Positions 56,980 to 64,000 of a DNA stretch of 64,000 nt are shown piece by piece. The notes under the pieces are model-generated. The model saw nothing but the letters and a program-made list of their open reading frames with translations, searched no databases and was not told where the DNA came from. This DNA comes from Candidatus Micrarchaeia archaeon (GTDB lineage: Archaea; Micrarchaeota; Micrarchaeia; CABMEP01), in the NCBI GenBank assembly GCA_038886535.1, contig JAVZXS010000003.1, positions 15,080 through 79,079 on the forward strand, given 5' to 3'. Each line of letters starts with the position of its first letter. Within the stretch, counting starts at the first letter, position 1. The translations under genes and the position numbers were made by a program.

Positions 56980-59622
56980 TTGTTCAAGGTGTGTTTATTG
57001 ACAGGAAAATTGAAGAATAATGCAGGATTGGAAAAAAGTGAGCAATCTTATCAGTATTCTCTTCCTTTCTGGAAAATGGAAAGCGAAAATGTAATCAAAC
57101 ATTTCAATTCCTCAATAAATGGACTATCTGATTCTGAATCAAGAGATCGACTTATTAAATTCGGAAAGAACGAAGTGTTGGTAAAGGAGCATCACTTTCT
57201 TATTAAATTGATTTTAAGAAATCTCTTTAATCCAATTACAATCGCACTTATCCTTGCAGGCTTGATTACATATTTCATAAACGACATTCAATCAGCTGTT
57301 ATAATCTTTGCAATAGTTCTGCTTTCTTTAATCATTAATGTGGTACAAGAATACAGGTCACATAGTGCAATTGAGAAACTGAAGAAAATGGTCTCATTCT
57401 ATTGCCATGTTATAAGAAATGGAAATGTAATAGAGATAGATTCAAGGGAACTTGTTCCTGGTGACATAGTCATTTTCACTGTCGGAGACAGGATTCCCGC
57501 AGATATAAGAATCATAGAAGAGAACAATCTTGCTATAGATGAATCAGTTATTACTGGAGAATACTATCCGATAAAGAAAACAGCAAAAGAAATAAGGAAA
57601 CATAATCCCCTTCCTCAAGAGATGCATAACATTGCATTTGCAGGCTCTATTGTAAAAGAAGGAAAAGGAAAAGGAATTGTGATTGCCACTGGAAAGCAAA
57701 CCTTCATAGGCAAGACCATAGATATAATGGAAGAGATAAAGGATGAAAGCGAATTTGAAAAGAATATGAAGGATTTCAGCCAATATCTTCTGAATATAAT
57801 ATTATTTGCATGCGCATTAATTCTTATCCTTAATATATTTGTGGGGCACGACATTGTTGTTTCACTTATTTTTGCCGTTGCACTTGCAGTAGGTCTCATT
57901 CCTGAACCATTGCCAATGATTATGACTTCTATACTTTCAAGAGGGGCAATGAAGCTTGCATCAAAAGGAGTGATTATAAAACGTCTTTCAGCTACTGAGG
58001 ATCTTGGAAATATTGACATACTTTGCTGTGATAAGACAGGAACGCTTACTGAGAATAGATTAAGGGTTTTGGATTCCTTTGACTATGAAGGAAATGAAAC
58101 AAAATTACCTCTTGTTCTTTCAGCAGCATGCACTTCTGTAATTAAGAAAGATCATTCAATAAAGGGAAGCTCGATCGATGTGGCATTAAATCAACACCTT
58201 AACTTTAATTCAGAAATTAAAAAATTAGTTGAAAAATACAAGATTGAAGAGGTTATACCTTTTGATTACGAGCGACAAAGGATGAGTGTAGTAGTCAAAT
58301 TTGAAAGAAAGAAGCTTCTTATAGTCAAAGGTTCCCCTGAGGCTATTCTTTCAATTTCAAGATACGGGCTGCAGAATGGCCAGGCAGTCACAATAAGCAG
58401 AGTAAGAAGCAAGGCAATGGAGACATACACAAAACTGAGCGACCAAGGTCTCAGGGTAATAGCGGTAGGCATAAAAGAGATCAAGGCTAGCGCGAGTAAG
58501 CATAACTATTCAAAAGAAGATGAGTCTGAAATTACATTCATCGGTTTTGTAAGCTTCATAGATCCAATCAAGCCAACTGCAAGAGAAACATTAAAGATGG
58601 CCAAGAAATACGGAGTTGATATCAAAATAATAACTGGAGACAGTGCAAATGTTACAAAGACAATAGCTGAAAAACTCGACTTCCATGTAGATGATAAACA
58701 AATCCTTACAGGAAAGGAAATAGATGAAGTTTTAAGGAAAAAAGATTTTGAACGTCTTGAAAACGCGATCATTTTTGCAAGAGCAACGCCAGAACAGAAG
58801 TATAAAATAATAAAGTTCCTTAGGTCAAGAGGCCATGTAGTTGCATATCTTGGAGATGGAGTTAATGATGCACCATCTTTGATAGAGGCAGACGTCGGAA
58901 TTTCAGTTAATACAGGAACAGACGTTTCAAAGGAGGCAGCGGATGTCATATTAACAAGAAAGAGCCTAAGATCTGTTTTCGAAGGCATAATAATTGGAAG
59001 AACATTGTTTTCAAATATAGTCAAGTATCTTAGAGTAACATTCGCAGGTAACTTCGGTAATCTCTTCACGATAGGATTTGCATCTGGCTTCCTGAAATTT
59101 ATTCCTTTACTCCCTTCTCAAATTTTATTCGTCAACTTCTTATCAGATCTTCCTGCTCTTGCGTTTTCAACAGACAATGTAGACGGGGATGATTTGAAAA
59201 AGCCAAGAAAATGGAGAAGTGATCAGATAATTAAAAATGGAGCGATATTCGGTGCAATTAGTACAATTTTCGACCTGATACTCATTGTTTACTTAGTTTA
59301 TGTACTGAATGTGTTTGATGAGGTATTTAGAACATTATTCTTCCTTGAAATAGTTTTGTCAGAGATTTTTGTAATCCTATTCCTTAGAACAACAAAGCCG
59401 TTCTTCTTTGCAGCTAGGCCGTCTGCAATTTTGATGGCTGCGCTTATTATTTCAACTGCAATCGGATTCATATCTATATTTCCACCTTTTGCTTCGTATT
59501 TTAATTTCGAAACACCAGTAACTGATTTGATTCTATTCACAGTTTTAATCGCAGTCGGTTATGCATTGACAACTGAACTAGTGAAATACTTTGTCTATAG
59601 AAATCAGGAATTGAAGTATTGA
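56980..59622 (+). CDS. P-type cation-transporting ATPase, MgtA-like (type II/III)
   Basis: TGE (ITGEYYP), CCDKTGTLTEN, IPFDYERQRMSVVV (MgtA-like), TGD and GDGVNDAPSL. The start is uncertain (TTG 56980 or ATG 57076). Confidence 0.8.
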   Translation: MFKVCLLTGKLKNNAGLEKSEQSYQYSLPFWKMESENVIKHFNSSINGLSDSESRDRLIKFGKNEVLVKEHHFLIKLILRNLFNPITIALILAGLITYFINDIQSAVIIFAIVLLSLIINVVQEYRSHSAIEKLKKMVSFYCHVIRNGNVIEIDSRELVPGDIVIFTVGDRIPADIRIIEENNLAIDESVITGEYYPIKKTAKEIRKHNPLPQEMHNIAFAGSIVKEGKGKGIVIATGKQTFIGKTIDIMEEIKDESEFEKNMKDFSQYLLNIILFACALILILNIFVGHDIVVSLIFAVALAVGLIPEPLPMIMTSILSRGAMKLASKGVIIKRLSATEDLGNIDILCCDKTGTLTENRLRVLDSFDYEGNETKLPLVLSAACTSVIKKDHSIKGSSIDVALNQHLNFNSEIKKLVEKYKIEEVIPFDYERQRMSVVVKFERKKLLIVKGSPEAILSISRYGLQNGQAVTISRVRSKAMETYTKLSDQGLRVIAVGIKEIKASASKHNYSKEDESEITFIGFVSFIDPIKPTARETLKMAKKYGVDIKIITGDSANVTKTIAEKLDFHVDDKQILTGKEIDEVLRKKDFERLENAIIFARATPEQKYKIIKFLRSRGHVVAYLGDGVNDAPSLIEADVGISVNTGTDVSKEAADVILTRKSLRSVFEGIIIGRTLFSNIVKYLRVTFAGNFGNLFTIGFASGFLKFIPLLPSQILFVNFLSDLPALAFSTDNVDGDDLKKPRKWRSDQIIKNGAIFGAISTIFDLILIVYLVYVLNVFDEVFRTLFFLEIVLSEIFVILFLRTTKPFFFAARPSAILMAALIISTAIGFISIFPPFASYFNFETPVTDLILFTVLIAVGYALTTELVKYFVYRNQELKY

Positions 59623-59705
59623 CCTCTATTTAATTAGCAATTTATAACATCCGGCCTTAAGCCTTAAACCGAAAAGTATATAAATAAGTTTTATGTTTAA
59701 TTTTT

Positions 59706-61295
59706 ATGGCAAACGAAAACATATCAAATGGTCATGTTGAAGATAAAGGTGATTCAGAGGTTAAATTTTCATCTAGTGTAGATGAAAAGAAAAAGGCAAT
59801 CCAAAACAAAGTAAAAGAGAAATATCAACCAAAAATAGATATGCTTACTACTGGAAAGGAAAAAGTGCAAAGATATGCAGAATCCCAAAGAAAAACAAAA
59901 ATAGAGAATATTACTAAAGATTATAAATCAAAAATTAGTTCTATTGAAGAGAAATATAAAAAAGCGGAGATGGAGCTTGACTCTTCAAAAGAGAATAAAA
60001 TTAAAGAGATAATTAATTCTATAGATTCATTTTCTCTGTCTGAAGATGAAAAAAAGAAAATAGAAGAGGCTCTGAACATTTCTTTTGAAAATGTAATCAA
60101 AGAAAAGAAAAAAGCAGAGATGACAAAAGAAAAAGAAAGAGAAAAAGAGTTAGTAGAAAAAGAATATGAAGAATCTAAAAACAAAATTGAATATGAACAT
60201 CTCTCATTTATTAATAAGTACAATTCAATTTTTGATGATAGAATAAATAGGATAAAAGAAGAAATGAATAATAGAATAGATGAAATAGATTCTGATGTTT
60301 CAGAAGCAGATGTATCAATTACAAAATTTGAAAGCGAATCCAATAGTAAAGTAGAAGAAAAGGTTGGAAATTCAGAAAATGGAAATGTTCAAAATATAAA
60401 CGAAGAAGTAAAAACAGATACGAAAGGAACTAATGTAGATCTAATAAGAAGGGATCTTATAAAACTAGTTGGAATAATAAGCATTCCACTTATCGGAATT
60501 AGTAGCGCATTGCTAATACCTGAAATAAAGAGAATTAATTCTATTAAACAGGAAACACGACAGGAAACACCTGTCAGGGTTAATAAGCCAATTTCTGATT
60601 CAAAGATACTAAATAACAAGAATTCAACAATATATGTACAGACTTTACCAATAAAGATAGAACCTGGAGATATTTCAGTATCTACTCCACCAATTAAATC
60701 TAATGAACCAACCGTTTCTAAATCAACATCTACTAAACCTGAAAATATTCCAGTATCTACAACACCCGTAGGCACTATTCAACCAAAAACTAAAGATAAA
60801 TCAGTTAAACCAACAATAAGATCTAAGAAACAGATTAATCCTAAAAATAACGAAATAATTAAGAAGTCAAATACTGCAAAGGCAGACCTTCCTTCACTAC
60901 TTCTTGAATTTAAGAGATCAATTATACAATTAAAAGAAAAAGCAGAAGAGCTTAAATATGATGGAATTCCAATAGCTAAAGGCTCTTCAAAATCACAAAT
61001 ATTGAAATTCATCAAAAAGATTGAAGAAATGGATAAAAATGGTAAACTTTCTATAGAACAAAAAAGAAAACTCACCGTGCTTTTAAGAGAAATGGCAAAG
61101 AGCCTTGACATGTATGTAAGGAAAGAACAAGTCATAATTTCAACCATACCTGATGATATAATAGAGATAAAGCGTGATGTAGTAAAATACATAAAATGGT
61201 TATTGTCACAGAACATAAATCCAGATGCAATAGAATATGTAATAAAACAATGGGAAAAATCTATAGGTCCCAAGCATTTGAAAGCAGTTCAATGA
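59706..61295 (+). CDS. hypothetical coiled-coil / single-TM / Pro-Thr-Ser linker protein
   Basis: About 240 aa of Lys/Glu heptad-like sequence, TM LVGIISIPLIGISSALLIP, a P/T/S-rich linker and a helical C-terminal domain. Confidence 0.55.
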   Translation: MANENISNGHVEDKGDSEVKFSSSVDEKKKAIQNKVKEKYQPKIDMLTTGKEKVQRYAESQRKTKIENITKDYKSKISSIEEKYKKAEMELDSSKENKIKEIINSIDSFSLSEDEKKKIEEALNISFENVIKEKKKAEMTKEKEREKELVEKEYEESKNKIEYEHLSFINKYNSIFDDRINRIKEEMNNRIDEIDSDVSEADVSITKFESESNSKVEEKVGNSENGNVQNINEEVKTDTKGTNVDLIRRDLIKLVGIISIPLIGISSALLIPEIKRINSIKQETRQETPVRVNKPISDSKILNNKNSTIYVQTLPIKIEPGDISVSTPPIKSNEPTVSKSTSTKPENIPVSTTPVGTIQPKTKDKSVKPTIRSKKQINPKNNEIIKKSNTAKADLPSLLLEFKRSIIQLKEKAEELKYDGIPIAKGSSKSQILKFIKKIEEMDKNGKLSIEQKRKLTVLLREMAKSLDMYVRKEQVIISTIPDDIIEIKRDVVKYIKWLLSQNINPDAIEYVIKQWEKSIGPKHLKAVQ

Positions 61296-61308
61296 TGAGT
61301 GATGCAGT

Positions 61309-63483
61309 ATGGATAAAATAAAAATAGATGCCAAATCATTAGATGAATTCAAAAGAGATGCATTTAGAAGGAGGATTATTGCAGCTTGTTTGGCAGAAGA
61401 ATACTCAACAAAAACATCTGAAATTAAAAAGAAAATTGAGACTATTGAAATGAACACAGACTTAATAATTAGCTCACTTAAAAAAAGTAGAGAATATTAT
61501 AAAGAATATATTACAAAGCTAGGTCAATTTAAAATAGAAAGTACAAATAAAGAGAGAGCTAATGAAATTGAAAAATATCTAAAAATATTTGAAGAGAATC
61601 ATAAAAAGATTGATAAAGAATATGAAAAGCAAGTAAAGCAGTTAGATGAATTGCTTAAAAATAAACTAAAAGAAATTGAAGAAAAATATGAGTATTATTC
61701 ATATGTTTTAGATCCAATGAATAATCCTTCTTATTATCTCTTAGAGACTATAAGAGAGAAAGGTATTGATACGTCGTTTATTACAGGAAATAAAGATATA
61801 GATATGGAACTTGGAAATAAGTTATATGAATATAATAAAAAAATAAAAGAATACGAATCTCAGAGAGATAAAGAGAAGGAAACCGTTATTAACGATTTTA
61901 TTAAGGCAAAGAGTGACTTAGAGATTAGGTTTAAAGAATTTAGAAAAAAAGTCGAAGAAAAGGAAAAACAAATTATCGAAAAAATAAATGAGAATTATGA
62001 TAAAAAGATAAAAGAAATCGAATCCGAGACGATTAATTCAATAAACTCAAAAATACAAAGTATAGACATTACCATCGCATTAATCGAAAATAAGAAAGAA
62101 TCAACCATTTCAAAATTTGATTCTGAAATAATTACATTAAAAAACGAATTCAAAGCAAAAATCGAATCCTTAATGCAACCACTATCTCCAATACCTGACG
62201 AATTGCTTTCAAAGTATATTTATTGTAAGATTGAAATAAAGAAACCAGAAATCATTGAACAAAAGGCGGAGGAAGTAAAAGAAGAAAAGAAAGATACTGT
62301 AGAAAATAAAGATGAAGCAAAAGATTTAGAAGATACAAAGAATGCAGCAAGTCAGTTACAGCCTGTCATAACATCTGAAACTAAGGCATTATATTGGAAT
62401 GCTAATAAAGAAAAAAGTAAGAAATTTATGGAGAAGCTTAATGCTTTTTGCAGATATGTGAGAACTGCATTTTATGCAACTGCTTTAAGCTCACTCTTCC
62501 TATTGGTTCTTAAGGATACATTAAATACTCCAACAAGTCTTATTAGTAACAAATCAATTAAAGATATAACTTCTATTTCAGATACTGCTAAGTCAATTGG
62601 AAAAGAGATTAAAAAGAATGAAGATAGAAAAGGAACAAAAGATGAAATAACAGAAGGATCAAGAGAAAAGAAAAGTAATGTATTAAATCAAGAGATTTCA
62701 GTTTCTAATAAAGACGTAAACGAAAAAGATAAAATTGATGAAGAAAAACACTTTGAAAAAATGTTTATTAGCATAGATAAAGAATTAGATGAATATAATG
62801 CAGCAAGGCTTAATTTTGAAACTCAACTTGAATTATTTGAGTTATATGTAAAAGAAATCAAGCCTTCATTTGGTGAAGTGATAGGTGTTTCAAAGGGGAG
62901 AAAAGTTATTGCTAATGAGCTGCTTCAAAAGCTAAAAAGATTAGGATATGGTCTTTCAAAGGAAAAAATGAATTTAATTGCAGACGCTCTTAAAAATGCT
63001 AGGCTATACAACATTTCGGAATTAAGGAAATATATAGATCAGATAATAAGTATGGATGAGGATCAACTTTTTGGAGTAGATCCAACTGGAAAAATAGTTC
63101 CAATACTACCACCTCCTAAGATAATTCATAACCCAAAACAAGATTCTAATCCAATAATTAGGAAAGAAAAGGACACAATTAAGGTCAATCCATCTTCAGA
63201 TACTATAAGCTTAAATATTATTGATTCAGAAAATATTCCTAACGGTTCAGGTGAAAATACGGTAAATGAAGAAAATGTCAATACTATTAATCCAATAAGC
63301 GAGGACCCTAAATCATATATTGAAGAAAAAAACATGGATGATCAAGTTGTAAATCAAGTTGTAAAATATGAAGAATTAATTGATGCTATAATAATTTGTG
63401 AAAATAAAGCTATGTTTATAAAAGTACCAAAAGGATACAATATAAAAGATAACGATCCTTATATTTGCAATACTGAATATTAA
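61309..63483 (+). CDS. hypothetical coiled-coil / single-TM protein
   Basis: About 390 aa of Lys/Glu coiled-coil-like sequence, TM FYATALSSLFLLVL and a C-terminal region with helical and Asn-rich segments. Confidence 0.55.
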   Translation: MDKIKIDAKSLDEFKRDAFRRRIIAACLAEEYSTKTSEIKKKIETIEMNTDLIISSLKKSREYYKEYITKLGQFKIESTNKERANEIEKYLKIFEENHKKIDKEYEKQVKQLDELLKNKLKEIEEKYEYYSYVLDPMNNPSYYLLETIREKGIDTSFITGNKDIDMELGNKLYEYNKKIKEYESQRDKEKETVINDFIKAKSDLEIRFKEFRKKVEEKEKQIIEKINENYDKKIKEIESETINSINSKIQSIDITIALIENKKESTISKFDSEIITLKNEFKAKIESLMQPLSPIPDELLSKYIYCKIEIKKPEIIEQKAEEVKEEKKDTVENKDEAKDLEDTKNAASQLQPVITSETKALYWNANKEKSKKFMEKLNAFCRYVRTAFYATALSSLFLLVLKDTLNTPTSLISNKSIKDITSISDTAKSIGKEIKKNEDRKGTKDEITEGSREKKSNVLNQEISVSNKDVNEKDKIDEEKHFEKMFISIDKELDEYNAARLNFETQLELFELYVKEIKPSFGEVIGVSKGRKVIANELLQKLKRLGYGLSKEKMNLIADALKNARLYNISELRKYIDQIISMDEDQLFGVDPTGKIVPILPPPKIIHNPKQDSNPIIRKEKDTIKVNPSSDTISLNIIDSENIPNGSGENTVNEENVNTINPISEDPKSYIEEKNMDDQVVNQVVKYEELIDAIIICENKAMFIKVPKGYNIKDNDPYICNTEY

Positions 63484-63537
63484 CATCATTGTTTGATTTT
63501 TATCTATTTTTATCATTCTAAGTCAAATAGATCAAAA

Positions 63538-63553
63538 CGAAACATTTATATAC
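63538..63553 (+). promoter_or_regulatory. BRE/TATA-type promoter for a leaderless transcript
   Basis: CGAAACATTTATATAC. The 13-mer GAAACATTTATAT and the 22-nt spacing to the ATG (63574) are the same as at 50418. Confidence 0.5.
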
Positions 63554-63573
63554 TTCTTTTTTGTTAATAATTT

Positions 63574-64000
63574 ATGGCAGAATTCAAATTTGAATGGGAT
63601 CCTGAAGATAAGAATGAAAAAAAATTTAGAGAGCAATTTAATTTAAGGGAAGGAAGAGAGTACCTTCCAATGGAAAAAAATAATTATCCATTGATGCCTA
63701 GTAGTAAAGAAAAAATAGAATCGAGCTTTAAAGAGTATCTGAATATGGATTATTCATATGAACTAGTTCAAGAAGTTCTTGAAGAGATACACCAGACTAA
63801 AAAATGTACACTAGAACAAGCTGATACACTTAATACAAATTTCGCAAAACTTCTTGTAGGCATTTATCAACTTAATAAAAGAAATCTACATTGTTACTAC
63901 TTTAAAAAACTTAAGAATAGTGATTATGAAGTGTTAAATAGATCGCTGTTATCCCTAATAAATTCGAATTTAACATTTGATGATATATGTAATGATGCAG
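63574..64000 (+). CDS. hypothetical protein, 3'-truncated by the window end
   Basis: ATG at 63574 (MAEFKFEWDPEDK...); I translated it to position 64000 without meeting a stop. Confidence 0.5.
   Translation, partial: MAEFKFEWDPEDKNEKKFREQFNLREGREYLPMEKNNYPLMPSSKEKIESSFKEYLNMDYSYELVQEVLEEIHQTKKCTLEQADTLNTNFAKLLVGIYQLNKRNLHCYYFKKLKNSDYEVLNRSLLSLINSNLTFDDICNDA

Noticed and set aside
56176-59688. 11-nt inverted match (CTTATTTATAT / ATATAAATAAG) flanking the recombinase-ATPase block as possible terminal inverted repeats
   Set aside because: Both are AT-rich TATA-box-like sequences at promoter positions. An 11-nt match in a genome this AT-rich is not significant.
1-64000. Scan for CRISPR arrays, rRNA genes and IS transposases
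   Set aside because: No regularly spaced direct repeats, no long G+C-rich structured RNA segments other than the three tRNAs, and no DDE/IS200-type ORFs were seen. The only mobility-related elements are the intein and the serine recombinase.

Overview
AT-rich (roughly one-third G+C by eye), gene-dense archaeal chromosomal segment. All calls come from motif recognition in the supplied translations and from reading the DNA; no searches were run. Most of the window is information-processing core. This includes aRF1, SerRS, ValRS, GlyRS, thermosome, SecF/SecD, Cbf5, a Nop5-like protein, FtsZ, class II RNR, and deoxyhypusine synthase with agmatinase. It also includes the archaeal operon tRNA-Ser / S13-S4-S11-RpoD / tRNA-Leu / L18e-L13-S9-RpoN / tRNA-Pro / S2, here without rpoK or eno. 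Small, Lys/Glu-rich proteins and many orphan membrane proteins suggest a reduced, DPANN-like archaeon; this is inference only. The main non-routine observations are: (1) aRF1 carries a 514-aa intein exactly in the GGQ catalytic loop, and the spliced product would read GGS rather than GGQ. (2) tRNA-Leu(GAG) and tRNA-Pro(GGG) both carry introns in the T-loop, and tRNA-Ser(GGA) has a canonical 37/38 intron. (3) A locus has two paralogous DEDD-type exonuclease genes bracketing an AAA+/PD-(D/E)xK ATPase gene. That gene is flanked by 48-nt direct repeats and followed by an Lhr-type helicase. (4) The dCMP deaminase gene is frameshifted. (5) A bacterial-type NrdR with one NrdR-box-like palindrome lies upstream of nrdJ. 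(6) A serine recombinase is joined to an MgtA-like P-type ATPase. (7) A run of large coiled-coil/single-TM orphan proteins ends the window. No CRISPR array, rRNA or transposase-type IS element was seen.
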